Below, piece after piece: positions 38,176 through 47,429 of a stretch of 64,000 bases of DNA. The DNA lies in IMG/VR virus record IMGVR_UViG_3300032004_000001, positions 23,149 through 87,148 of that record, one strand, 5' to 3'. Numbering within the stretch: the first letter of the stretch is position 1; each line of letters begins with the position of its first letter. Below the pieces are notes generated by a model, which searched no databases, had not been told where the DNA came from, and saw only the letters and a list, made by a program, of their open reading frames with translations. Source of the stretch: a virus. Its lineage: Duplodnaviria > Caudoviricetes. Position numbers and translations under genes: made by a program.

Positions 38176-39351
38176 TTACTGCTCGAGGCTCAGGACGGAC
38201 CAGGCTTCGTCGTACAGACGGGTAGACATCTCGCCATAGTCCACACGGAAGCCAGTCGCTTTGCGCATCACGAACTCTTCGATGGCGTCGTACGCCGCCG
38301 AGATGTTCACGAAACGCTGGATGGCGTAACGTGGATCGAAGCCTACCAGGAGACCCGCACCGAACATGTCCGGTTCAAACGGAGTCAGGCGAGGCTGGGT
38401 GATGCCCAGGTTCATGCCTGCCCACGGGGTCTGGATCTTCGAGTTATCGACACCGGTGTTCTTCGGTGCCAAGCCATCGTCAACAGCCAGCGCGGTGTCG
38501 ATGTCGGTGAAGACTTCGCTGATGTTGGCAGTTTTGCGCATGCTGAACAGCCACTTGATGTAGGCCTTTTTGGTGATCACACCGTTGGCCACGATCGCTG
38601 AGTCGAAGTCGCCTGCTTTCAGGATCGGCAGAGCGTCCATGTCCAGGTCGGTGTCGCCCAGGACCATCGACTTCAGCTGCTCACCCACGCGGCGGATCTT
38701 GTCACCGCGCGACTGGGCTTCCATCACGATACGCACCAGGTCGATGGTGGTAGCAGCCATCGCTTCGTTCGCGATCATCAGGCCAACCGAGTTGGTCGGG
38801 ATCTTGAACGACTTTTGGCCGGTGGTGATGGAGATCATGGTTTCCGGCAGAGCCATCTGCACGATACGGCCACTGCGACTACCTTCCGGTGCCGAGGTGT
38901 CGATGATCGGCTGCTCAGCCTTCTGGCCGTTCAAGTTGCGACTGGTGGCGATCACGCTCTCCCAAATGGAGAGGATGTCGGAACCGTCATCGCGAAGGGT
39001 ATTCGCGTTCATGGTTTCCAGGATCAGCTGCGGGTACAGCAGGCGCGCTCCCAGGGAGCCGTCGGAGCCGTCGGGACGACGGAAGCCGTCAGCCTGGGTC
39101 ATGCCCGCCAGTTGCTGCATGGTCAGCGCTGGGCCGATGCGGTTTTCACCGTCCATCATGCCTGCGTTGGTCATCATCTGGTCGATCGGGTCGCCCACGG
39201 TGGGGTCGAAGTCTGCCGCTTTGTGGCGCAGGAACTGGCGCAGGTCCATGCCGGCTTCGGATGCCTGGCGGTAGAGCTCGACGTTAGCTTCGATCTCCTT
39301 GGTGACCTGCTTGCCGTTTTCGTTGGCAACGTATTTCAGTGTGCATTGCAT
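38176..39351 (-). CDS. major capsid protein
   Basis: 391 aa after protease and decoration genes, followed by a terminator; strong codon bias. Confidence 0.85.
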   Translation of the reverse strand: MQCTLKYVANENGKQVTKEIEANVELYRQASEAGMDLRQFLRHKAADFDPTVGDPIDQMMTNAGMMDGENRIGPALTMQQLAGMTQADGFRRPDGSDGSLGARLLYPQLILETMNANTLRDDGSDILSIWESVIATSRNLNGQKAEQPIIDTSAPEGSRSGRIVQMALPETMISITTGQKSFKIPTNSVGLMIANEAMAATTIDLVRIVMEAQSRGDKIRRVGEQLKSMVLGDTDLDMDALPILKAGDFDSAIVANGVITKKAYIKWLFSMRKTANISEVFTDIDTALAVDDGLAPKNTGVDNSKIQTPWAGMNLGITQPRLTPFEPDMFGAGLLVGFDPRYAIQRFVNISAAYDAIEEFVMRKATGFRVDYGEMSTRLYDEAWSVLSLEQ

Positions 39352-39385
39352 GATTTCGATTCCTTGAAATGGTGGTGGCCGGCGG

Positions 39386-39844
39386 TTAAGCCACGCGCTC
39401 CAGGAGGACGTTGGTACCCGCGCTGCCGTTGCCGATCAAGCGGATGACTTTGTACTTCCAAATCGCCGGGGTGCCCTTGCGGACTTGCGGCAGGCCGGAG
39501 GTACCCAGCGCCAGTTGGGCGCCCGCGACAACCAGGTCACCGAAGACCAGGGGAGTCGCCACGCCTGCAGCCACCTGGGCCAGGACACGGAAGCCAGTGT
39601 CAGGGCGCGCCACACCGCCGACAACGAAGCCGCCTGCGGTCGGGCCGCCGTCGATGTTGTCGATGAAGCCTTCGATCTCGTCGCCATCGACGGCCAGGGC
39701 GAAGTTGGACACGGCGCCCATCTTCACGATCTTTTGCTTGTCCTTGTCGGTGTAATTCTGGCCTGCGGCCGAACCGAGTTTGGCGGTGATGACGTTCAGA
39801 CGTTCAGGAAGAACCGTCAGTACGTTGAAATTGAAGTCAGCCAT
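39386..39844 (-). CDS. head decoration / capsid cement protein
   Basis: DKQKIVKM...LAVDGDEIEGFI; lies between protease and capsid genes. Confidence 0.7.
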   Translation of the reverse strand: MADFNFNVLTVLPERLNVITAKLGSAAGQNYTDKDKQKIVKMGAVSNFALAVDGDEIEGFIDNIDGGPTAGGFVVGGVARPDTGFRVLAQVAAGVATPLVFGDLVVAGAQLALGTSGLPQVRKGTPAIWKYKVIRLIGNGSAGTNVLLERVA

Positions 39845-39856
39845 GACTGATTCTCC

Positions 39857-41332
39857 TTAGCGCTTTTTGCTGTTGAGTTGGGAAACCTTGTGACGGAAGC
39901 CATCGGCTACCGGCAGTGCGGATTCTTGAGTCGGGGTGCTGTCGGACTGCTTACCGACCTTGAACAGCGAGGCCATCTTGGTTTGCAGCTCGTTGAACTG
40001 ACCAAGGATCTCGACCGGGCTGGTCTTCTCGACCTGCGGGCTGCCGGTGGCTACCTGCAGCTTCTTGACCGCCTGCTGGGCAACCACGACCAGACTCTCG
40101 GTCTGTGCCTGGGCTTCCTTCAGGGCAGCCTCGGCCTTGGCCAGCTTGTCGCCCAGGTCTTCAACCTTGGCTTCCAGCTTGCCGTTTTCTTTCAGGGCGG
40201 TGGTCAGGGCCTTGGCGTCGAAACCGGTGGCCGACACAGTGGTGTCCTGCTCGTCTTCGGGATTGCCCGCTTCTGCATCGGCTTTCGCTTTGGCTTCGGC
40301 AGCATCGTCCAGCACCTTCTGTGCGGCAGCTTCTTTTTCGGAAGCGTCCGTCAGTGCGGCCAAATCCTTTTCGTACTGCGCCAGCTCAGCCTTAGTAAGC
40401 ACGGTTTTTGGATCCGCGCCCGCTTCGATCTGAGCGAGTTTTTCGGCAGAGATTTTCATCTCGAACTTCCTTCTGTCGCCAGTGTTGTTTGCGGACGCGC
40501 CGCTACGAATAAGGTCATCCAGGCTTGTAATCCTGTCGACCAGCCCATTTTTCACCGCCTTCGCTGCGAAAAACGTTTTGCCGTCAGCCCAATCCTTGTA
40601 GTCGTCGAGACTCAAGCTGCGCTGCGCGGAAATATGGTTGAGGAAGAATGCATTGGTTTCCTTCAGGTTGTCCTGCAGGTACTTTTTGTCTGCTTCGCTC
40701 AAATCTTCATACGGGTTACCGATTGCTTTGAACTCGCCTTCCTTCAGCACGGTGTACTTCACGCCGAAGTTCTCTTCGGTGTTGACCAGCGTGCGAACCA
40801 CCGCAATAACGCCGATCGAGCCCAGCTCAGCCATCTTGCTGGCGGTTACCGTATCGGCGCTGGACATGATCCAGTAGCTGGCCGAGAACGATGCGCTGTC
40901 GGTGTGAGCACGGAAGGTCATGCCTTCGGCTTGCAGCTTGGCGATGTGATCGGTCACCGTGTTCAGGCCGCTGACCGCGCCGCCACCGCTGTTATGGTCC
41001 AGGACCACGTCGGTGTGGCCGCCTTCTGCCAGGATAGCCAGAGCGTCGTTGATCGCCTCGTAGCTGGTGATCTCGCCTGGGTACCACTGGTGGTAGCGGC
41101 GGTACGACGGGGTCAGCGAGCCGTGAATCTTCAGGACAGGAGTATCACCCACTTTTTCCAGCAGATACAGCCCTTTACGACGGATACTTACACCGAAATC
41201 TTGGTCGATTTCGTTGCGGTCATCGTCATACGGGTAGCTCGAGTAGGCGTCCTTGTCGAAGGTGAACTTCAGCTCGTAGCTGGAGAACTTGTTGAAGGCC
41301 GACTCCGTGCCCAGCCAGATTTCTACTGCCAT
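39857..41332 (-). CDS. S49 (SppA/ClpP-like) prohead protease with C-terminal scaffold
   Basis: NSGGGAVSG, SFSASYWIMS, AELGSIGV, GEFKAIGNP, DGKTFFA..AVKNGLVD; charged helical tail. Confidence 0.92.
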   Translation of the reverse strand: MAVEIWLGTESAFNKFSSYELKFTFDKDAYSSYPYDDDRNEIDQDFGVSIRRKGLYLLEKVGDTPVLKIHGSLTPSYRRYHQWYPGEITSYEAINDALAILAEGGHTDVVLDHNSGGGAVSGLNTVTDHIAKLQAEGMTFRAHTDSASFSASYWIMSSADTVTASKMAELGSIGVIAVVRTLVNTEENFGVKYTVLKEGEFKAIGNPYEDLSEADKKYLQDNLKETNAFFLNHISAQRSLSLDDYKDWADGKTFFAAKAVKNGLVDRITSLDDLIRSGASANNTGDRRKFEMKISAEKLAQIEAGADPKTVLTKAELAQYEKDLAALTDASEKEAAAQKVLDDAAEAKAKADAEAGNPEDEQDTTVSATGFDAKALTTALKENGKLEAKVEDLGDKLAKAEAALKEAQAQTESLVVVAQQAVKKLQVATGSPQVEKTSPVEILGQFNELQTKMASLFKVGKQSDSTPTQESALPVADGFRHKVSQLNSKKR

Positions 41333-41342
41333 GCCAGGCTCC

Positions 41343-42806
41343 TTATTGGTCTTTACCGCCGGTCTGAGCCGGGGTATCGGGCGTCAATGCCGCGCCAGTG
41401 GAAGATGTGCGATCCGTCGCGGTGGCGTCGGAGGCATCCTTGGCGTAGAAGCGGGTACCCGCGAGGAGAGCAGCGAGCCCCTGTGGCCGCATGCCAAGTT
41501 CCCAGCACGCGTGCGCCTCGTTGATAACGCCCCAGCTCAGCAGCTCAAGGACACGCTTCTGGCGCGTCCCCAGGTACGCTTCCAGCTCTATCTCTGGACG
41601 CAAGTTGATTGGGTTGAACTCGAAGGCCACGTAGCCGTCGATGCCCTGCAGGCGGCACGCCAGGGTCAGCGCCCTGGACATCACCTCTTCCACCGGCGGG
41701 CGTGTGCCCTGCACGGCCTGCAGGTAGATCAGGGTCTCGGCGTTGGACAGGCCCTGGCCGCCGGAGGCGCGCAGACCGCTGACCGAAGCCGGGGTCTTGA
41801 GCGAGGCACCGAGCATGTTGCCCAGGGTGGTCAGCATCGAGCTGTAGTCGGCCTTGTTGCCACCGGTGTCCTCGACGGTGTAAGTCACGCTGTCGTAGGT
41901 CACCACCGCGTCTTCCGGCTCCAGGCCGGCCAGCGCCTCAGTCACCTCGGCAATCACCAGGTCGAACAGCTGGCCCATCTTCACCGGATCGTTGCGGGTC
42001 TTGTCGTCAGCTGCTGCCTTGATCTTATCGGCAGCGATGCTGGCGATCAGGCGGCTGTGCCCGGTGCGGTTCAGCGCCCGGTGCATGTCTTCGATAAAGG
42101 CGTTGAAGTTCATCACCTGTGACAGGCCCGGGCGTAGCAGACTGACCGAGTAGGCCTCGTCCGGATTGCGGTTGTGCTCTGCCACGAAAACGGTAGGGAT
42201 GTTCAGCTCAATGTCGCCGTTATCCTGAGTAGGGTAGCGCCCTCCCTGGCCATCAGCTTCCCATTCAACGGTGGAATACCCGATAGGCACGAGCCGCTCG
42301 GGGCCGAACTCCTTGTCCAGCACCAACTCAAGGCCACAACCGCCTGTTGTGACGACATCCATTTGCATACTCGACAGCAGCGACTTCATCCCTGGTTTGT
42401 CGTTGTAGCCCTTGCTGTAATCGTGCAGCGTCGAGAACACATCCATGATGATGTAGGCGGCCGACATCACTTCGATACTCATGGTACCGGTGGAGTCGTA
42501 GCCAGCCAGTCTGAACCCTGCGCCCACGGAAATCGCCGCCATCGAGTTGGCGGCCGAGCTGAACATGCCGTCTTCACGGATGAGCAGTCGGATGATTTCG
42601 TTGACGTCGGTACGGGAGCTGATGTTGTTGATCGCGTTCTGGTTGAACGTCTTCAACGTGTTGGTGATCGCGGCGCCCTTGTCCAATGTGGACCCTGGGC
42701 GCTTGGCGCGGGCCTTACCGGCAAGATTTCGGGTCGGCAAAATGACCTGGGCGCTTACTGCAGCGTACCTGGATCCTTTGCTGCCCGGGGTCTTGGTGGT
42801 GGCCAT
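41343..42806 (-). CDS. portal protein
   Basis: 487 aa directly downstream of the terminase; LKTPASVSG...NAET. Confidence 0.85.
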   Translation of the reverse strand: MATTKTPGSKGSRYAAVSAQVILPTRNLAGKARAKRPGSTLDKGAAITNTLKTFNQNAINNISSRTDVNEIIRLLIREDGMFSSAANSMAAISVGAGFRLAGYDSTGTMSIEVMSAAYIIMDVFSTLHDYSKGYNDKPGMKSLLSSMQMDVVTTGGCGLELVLDKEFGPERLVPIGYSTVEWEADGQGGRYPTQDNGDIELNIPTVFVAEHNRNPDEAYSVSLLRPGLSQVMNFNAFIEDMHRALNRTGHSRLIASIAADKIKAAADDKTRNDPVKMGQLFDLVIAEVTEALAGLEPEDAVVTYDSVTYTVEDTGGNKADYSSMLTTLGNMLGASLKTPASVSGLRASGGQGLSNAETLIYLQAVQGTRPPVEEVMSRALTLACRLQGIDGYVAFEFNPINLRPEIELEAYLGTRQKRVLELLSWGVINEAHACWELGMRPQGLAALLAGTRFYAKDASDATATDRTSSTGAALTPDTPAQTGGKDQ

Positions 42807-42877
42807 GCGGCATCGATCTTCCCTAGAGATGGCGCGAGTTTAGTTGCCCAATGGGCTGAATTACAAGGGTTCTTTCG

Positions 42878-42936
42878 TCGATAGTTAGCGGGACACTTTA
42901 AGTTGGGGCAGATATCTCGCTAATTAGCGAGATATC
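42878..42936. promoter_or_regulatory. two palindromic motif copies upstream of the portal gene
   Basis: TCGATAGTTAGCGG at 42878-42891 and a perfect 26-bp palindrome GATATCTCGCTAATTAGCGAGATATC at 42911-42936 overlapping the terminase stop. Confidence 0.7.
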
Positions 42937-44729
42937 CCTCTGCCTGCCTGCTTCTTGAAGCCGAACATGCCCTTGAGGGTGTGGCCCATTTCGACCTCTT
43001 CCTCCGGTTTTCCCTTGGCTTCACTGCCGACCTTCACCGTCCTCGTGCCTGGCATCACGCCGACCACGCTGTGATCCTCGAACTGCTCGCAGGCGATCGC
43101 CGCGATGTTGCAGTAGTTCAGCGCGTGGACCCAGTGGTCCTGCTTGTCGGTCTTGATGAATTTCTCAGTGATGCTGCCGTCGATGCCGCGCTCCCTGACC
43201 TTCTTGGTCGTCTCCAGGTGCTTGAACAGCTCGATCTTCAGGTCATCCCGGTGCGGATAGTGAACCTCGCCGCCGTTGTGCTGGTTCAGTAGCAGGGTCA
43301 GAGTCTTGGTCCGGTCGGCGTTGATCACCTCGCCCTCGACCTTCTCGGCGATCGGCAGGAAGCCCTGCAGGTTGCTCACGTAGACCACCGCCTGGATACC
43401 ACTGCGCGCCATGACGAGCATGTTCACCAGGGTGATATCAGGGCCGGCGTCGATGCACAGCTTGCGCATGTTGAAGAAGTCGTATCGCTCCAGCACCTTG
43501 TCGAAGGCCGGGTCCTGGCGGGTGTTGGGGATCTTCTCCATCCAGATCACATGCCAGCCGACCGAGACCTTCACCTTCACCACCAGGTGGAGGATCTTGC
43601 CTACGTCCATCCCGCCTACCGTGCCGCAAGACACAATGCACTGGTTGAAGATCCACAGGTCCACGTCGCACAGCTTGGCCCGGTGCTCGTTGGTCACGAT
43701 GAAGCTGTTCTCAGCGTCGGAGAACGGCAGCCCTAGCACGAAGTTGAAGAAGTCGGACTTGAGCGGGTAGGCCTCGAACTGGGCGAAGATGTTCGGCGGC
43801 GTGTTGTACTTGGGTACATCCCACGGGTTGACCTGGTAGCTGTGGTTCCAGTTGTCCGGCTTCTTCTGCACCCACTGGCGCCGCGCCGGGTTGACCAGGG
43901 ATGCCCACAGGTCCTTGTGGCAGCTGGGGCAGCGCATCCACGCCGACTGGACGTCGATGCGCTCGTCGTCCAGGTTGTCCCGGCCAAACTCCAGGAGCGG
44001 CTTGTCCCAGCCTGGCAGGATCATGTCCTCGAGGAAGCTGGGGTTGACCCACTTCTCGCAGTGCTCGCACTTGCACATGTAATAGCGCTGGTCACCGGCC
44101 TGGAAGCCAATGTCGATGCCAAAGCCGTCCACGGTGGGCGTACTGAAGCGGTACCGGTAGCCGCGGTTGCCGTGGGCGTCCACGGTCTTGGCGTGCCGGA
44201 TCCGGGAGTTCAGCTTGCCGAGCACCACGTCATTGGAGAAGTCGGTTTCGTCGGAGATGATCATCTCGGCCGGTACCGAGATCGCGGCGTTGGCGCCGTA
44301 GGTGCCGATGATGTAGAGGAAGTTTCGACCGATCTTCTTCATGCCCGCGGCATCGGAACCTGCCTTGACCAGGGCCGAGTAGAACTCGCTCTGCTCGACG
44401 GCGCCGTCGATCCGGTCCTTGGAAAACTTGGTCGCCATCTCCTTGGTCGGCTGGCTGAACATCACCCGGATGTTCTTCATCACCGCCAGGATCGCCAGCG
44501 TCTTCTGGACCATCATCTCGGTCAGCCCGACCTGTGAGCACTTGCGCACGTCGATGCGCTGCGAGGTATCGCGCACGATGTCGATCTGGAACTCGTGGTC
44601 GTCGAAGCTGAATTTCTCACCTTCGACGTAGCCGTACTTGAGGATGGTCTGGTCCAGCTCCTTCATGCCCTCTTCGCGGCTGAGGGCCATCCGGAACCGT
44701 TCGGCTGTCGATCCTTGACTGTTGCTCAA
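42924..44729 (-). CDS. terL: terminase large subunit, lambda gpA-like
   Basis: RKCSQVGLTE, Walker B IISDETD, FSTPT, GDQRYY..C..C zinc module, nuclease GGMDVG, IDAGPD, DHWVHALNY; TTG start after AAGGAG. Confidence 0.93.
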   Translation of the reverse strand: MSNSQGSTAERFRMALSREEGMKELDQTILKYGYVEGEKFSFDDHEFQIDIVRDTSQRIDVRKCSQVGLTEMMVQKTLAILAVMKNIRVMFSQPTKEMATKFSKDRIDGAVEQSEFYSALVKAGSDAAGMKKIGRNFLYIIGTYGANAAISVPAEMIISDETDFSNDVVLGKLNSRIRHAKTVDAHGNRGYRYRFSTPTVDGFGIDIGFQAGDQRYYMCKCEHCEKWVNPSFLEDMILPGWDKPLLEFGRDNLDDERIDVQSAWMRCPSCHKDLWASLVNPARRQWVQKKPDNWNHSYQVNPWDVPKYNTPPNIFAQFEAYPLKSDFFNFVLGLPFSDAENSFIVTNEHRAKLCDVDLWIFNQCIVSCGTVGGMDVGKILHLVVKVKVSVGWHVIWMEKIPNTRQDPAFDKVLERYDFFNMRKLCIDAGPDITLVNMLVMARSGIQAVVYVSNLQGFLPIAEKVEGEVINADRTKTLTLLLNQHNGGEVHYPHRDDLKIELFKHLETTKKVRERGIDGSITEKFIKTDKQDHWVHALNYCNIAAIACEQFEDHSVVGVMPGTRTVKVGSEAKGKPEEEVEMGHTLKGMFGFKKQAGRGISR

Positions 44730-44732
44730 GTG

Positions 44733-45158
44733 CTACTCCTTGGAGGGATTGTTGCGTTCTTCGGCTTCCATGATCATCCGGCTAACCGTCCGGCCGATCT
44801 CTTCGCCGGTGGTGTCCTTGTTCGCCTGGACGACTACGGGTTCAGGAGCGTGGTAATCCGCAGCGCGTACCTGCTCCGACGGCGCCTCGCCAAACCGGTC
44901 CGTGGCACGGCGATTCGTAGGCCCGCCGGATGCAAAACAACTGCCTTTCTTTTCTCGTAAGTGCTTGTCTTGCAAGAACATTTCAACCAATTTTCTTTGT
45001 TCTTCGTCCAGCGGCTGCTCGATGTTGCTGATCGTAACCGGTGGGTACCGCAGCTGCTGGATGACGTTATGCAGACCCTTGACCTCCTCCTGCAGCGCTT
45101 GAAATCTACGATCCAAGTCCTTGAATTCCTTGTGAGATACCCATGGATTCAAATTCAT
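44733..45158 (-). CDS. hypothetical protein
   Basis: Translationally coupled between the putative terS and terL. Confidence 0.65.
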   Translation of the reverse strand: MNLNPWVSHKEFKDLDRRFQALQEEVKGLHNVIQQLRYPPVTISNIEQPLDEEQRKLVEMFLQDKHLREKKGSCFASGGPTNRRATDRFGEAPSEQVRAADYHAPEPVVVQANKDTTGEEIGRTVSRMIMEAEERNNPSKE

Positions 45159-45820
45159 TTCCCTTCCCTCGCCGCCTTGCGTTCTTCTTCCTCGAGGATG
45201 CGCAGCACCTCGTCCTGTTTGTCCCTTGGCAGCGTCTCCACCACCTTCAGCAGGCTCGTCTCCAGGCGCTGCACCCTGGCCAGGGTGATCACCTTGGGCA
45301 TGTCCTTGACCAGCATGCTGATCACTTTCATGGACATATTGAGCGCGTCCTTCACGCTGATGTCCAGGTTGTTTCCGCCAGGCACCGGCAGCCCCTCGGG
45401 TGTGACCACCCGGCTGGTGACCGCCTCGATCAGTTTGAGCTGCTGCTTGAACGTCACCAGCACCGATGCGTCCAGGCCGGCCATCTGCGCCACGATCGAG
45501 CGGCGAGTCGACGGCGACATGGCCTCGACGATGTCCATCTGGATGCTGTCTGGCAGCATTTCATTGCGCAGGTTCAGCATCAGCAGGCAGATGCCATCGT
45601 ACAGCGGCCGGTCGGCGTGCTTCAGCGACTCCAAGTCAACCACCGGCGGCGGGCTGTGCAGCGGCTTGTACGACTTGGGGTGGGAATCCTCCGGCGCCTT
45701 GACCAGGTCAGGTTGGTCCCAGCCGGTGTCGTCTTCACCCTCGGTCAAGGTCGGGATCTTGGTCGGCAGTTCTTCCAGTGGATTCCAGGAGCCAGGCGGC
45801 TGGCTTCGACGCGCGGCCAT
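45155..45820 (-). CDS. putative terminase small subunit
   Basis: Helical 221-aa protein near terL; assignment by position only. Confidence 0.45.
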   Translation of the reverse strand: MAARRSQPPGSWNPLEELPTKIPTLTEGEDDTGWDQPDLVKAPEDSHPKSYKPLHSPPPVVDLESLKHADRPLYDGICLLMLNLRNEMLPDSIQMDIVEAMSPSTRRSIVAQMAGLDASVLVTFKQQLKLIEAVTSRVVTPEGLPVPGGNNLDISVKDALNMSMKVISMLVKDMPKVITLARVQRLETSLLKVVETLPRDKQDEVLRILEEEERKAAREGK

Positions 45821-46110
45821 CAGTAATCCACCTCGTTGGCCAACAGCTTGGAGGGGGTGAAGTGCAGCAGCTCGCGTGCTGGGATCACGGTGGGCTGGCC
45901 CTGGATCGGCTTGCTGTTGATGCGGGCCTTGCGGTGGCGCATCTCAAATCTGCCGAACTCCCGCAGGGTCAGGGTGTTGCGATCGGTCGACAGCTGGACG
46001 ATGCCATGGAGGGTGGCGTGGATGACTTCCTTGCTCTGCTGCTTGGTCAGTCCGGTCTGCTCAGAGACCAGTGCAATCAGGTCTTGAATATTGGCGGTAG
46101 GCTTGGACAT
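45820..46110 (-). CDS. HU/IHF-like histone-like DNA-binding protein
   Basis: LIALVSEQTGLTKQQSKEVI...LTLREFGRFEMRHRKAR...IPARELLHFTPSK is the HU fold with its arm. Confidence 0.9.
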   Translation of the reverse strand: MSKPTANIQDLIALVSEQTGLTKQQSKEVIHATLHGIVQLSTDRNTLTLREFGRFEMRHRKARINSKPIQGQPTVIPARELLHFTPSKLLANEVDY

Positions 46111-46257
46111 GGTCTGGAATCCGTTCGTGGAAAAGAGGGTCGGCTGGAGCTTCTTGCTCCGTTACAGCGCGCGATGGCCGTTATCCGTGGGTCGATCGAG
46201 GATGAGGAACTCGGGGTCACGGGCCGACTTAACTCGCAGATTAGCGGGGTTTGCAGG

Positions 46258-46290
46258 CAAAAGAAAGCCCCGTGCGATGACGGGGCTTTC
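46258..46290 (-). terminator. intrinsic terminator of the tRNA unit
   Basis: Minus strand GAAAGCCCCGT-CATCGC-ACGGGGCTTTC followed by TTTT. Confidence 0.85.
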
Positions 46291-46296
46291 AGTTTT

Positions 46297-46438
46297 TGGT
46301 GCGCTCCATTGGGCCCCATGCTTTTCCGCCATCCTGGCGCCTATTCGACAGTTCCCCAGCGAAGGGTACTTCCTATCGGGCTCCCATTACCAAGTTGTCG
46401 GGCCTCTGCAGAAGGTCGAGAAACTCAGTCGCGCGCAC
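46297..46438 (-). ncRNA. candidate 142-nt structured RNA ending in CCA
   Basis: Starts 1 nt after the tRNA-Trp CCA; ends GCGCACCA just before the terminator; 5' GTGCGC pairs with 3' GCGCAC. Confidence 0.5.
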
Positions 46439-46439
46439 T

Positions 46440-46515
46440 TGGCACCGCGGGTAGGAGTCGAACCTACAACCTCTGGTTTTGGAGACCAGCGCTCTGCCAA
46501 TTGAGCTACCGAGGT
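46440..46515 (-). tRNA. trnW: tRNA-Trp (anticodon CCA)
   Basis: 76 nt; D-arm AGCTCAATTGGCAGAGC, anticodon arm CTGGT-CTCCAAA-ACCAG, T-loop GTTCGACTC, G73 and encoded CCA; one U4.C69 mismatch. Confidence 0.93.
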
Positions 46516-46518
46516 ATG

Positions 46519-46595
46519 TGGTAGAGGGTCACCGATTCGAACGGTGGAATGCTGGGATCAAAACCCAGTGCGTTGGACCACTTCGCCAACCCTCT
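46519..46595 (-). tRNA. trnQ: tRNA-Gln (anticodon TTG)
   Basis: 77 nt; acceptor AGAGGGT/ACCCTCT, anticodon arm CTGGG-TTTTGAT-CCCAG, T-arm CACCG-TTCGAAT-CGGTG, encoded CCA. Confidence 0.92.
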
Positions 46596-46647
46596 GCAAA
46601 TCTTTCGGCCGGTTGAGCATCCTTGCTCGTGTCGCATCCGCCCGAAG

Positions 46648-46667
46648 CCCGCAAGTTACCGAGATTA
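46648..46667 (-). promoter_or_regulatory. palindromic motif copy upstream of the tRNA unit (TAATCTCGGTAACTTGCGGG)
   Basis: Closely matches the copy at 12268; about 50 nt upstream of tRNA-Gln. Confidence 0.6.
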
Positions 46668-47429
46668 CTTGCCGTCGTCAAGCTGCAAATCGGACAGCGC
46701 CTTGTGCAGCAGGGTCGGGCCGATGGTCAGGTTGTCCTTGGCCAGCTTGATCACGTAGGGATCCACGTTGGCGTATAGGGATACCTCGCTGATCAGCGCT
46801 TGAATCTGACCTTCCAGGCTTTCGATCTTGCGCTGGGTCACGGCGATCAGGCGAGGGTTGCGAGTGGAGGCGGTGGCCATGTGCGCGGTGGGGATCGTGT
46901 CGCCCCTGCCCAGTCCTCCAGCAAATTCCTCCGGGTACCAGCGCTTGGGCAGAGGTGGCGTGGGGAGTATGGAGCTGTCGCAGATCCCCTTATCTACGCC
47001 AGCGAACCCTGCTGCCAGGCCGTTCTTCATCCGCAGGCGGAAGGCATCAAGGGCGGAGTCGTTGATGGTGGCGCCATTGATCGACAACTTATCAGCCTCT
47101 ACGATGAACTGGCCCTCTGGCGTGGCCCTGGCCTTCTCCATCACAGCCTTTGCAAGATCGCCCTCACTTTGCCCGGTGTCTTCGACGCCGAGAATTTTCA
47201 GCGCTTGCTCGCGGCTACTATTTTTACACCCCTGCCCGTGAACCTCAACGCTGAGCCGGCCCTGATTATCCACCTTGATCTCCCAGCCTTTTCCGTTATT
47301 ACCATTTTCGTCCTTCGGTTTGAAGTTATCGGACTTGATCGATACCCGGGTTGTGTAGGGCTTGAGCGTCATCGGGTCGACGCTGGACTCCTGCAACAGG
47401 CTGGTGATGCCGTTATTGTCCTGCTTCAT
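46665..47429 (-). CDS. hypothetical protein
   Basis: 254-aa ORF ending at the motif before the tRNAs; codon bias weaker than in neighbours. Confidence 0.65.
   Translation of the reverse strand: MKQDNNGITSLLQESSVDPMTLKPYTTRVSIKSDNFKPKDENGNNGKGWEIKVDNQGRLSVEVHGQGCKNSSREQALKILGVEDTGQSEGDLAKAVMEKARATPEGQFIVEADKLSINGATINDSALDAFRLRMKNGLAAGFAGVDKGICDSSILPTPPLPKRWYPEEFAGGLGRGDTIPTAHMATASTRNPRLIAVTQRKIESLEGQIQALISEVSLYANVDPYVIKLAKDNLTIGPTLLHKALSDLQLDDGK

Noticed and set aside
46297-46438. HDV-like (theta) ribozyme at the tRNA 3' end
   Set aside because: The complement of the 5' segment lies at the extreme 3' end rather than internally, so the HDV nested double pseudoknot cannot be built; the tRNA already encodes CCA.
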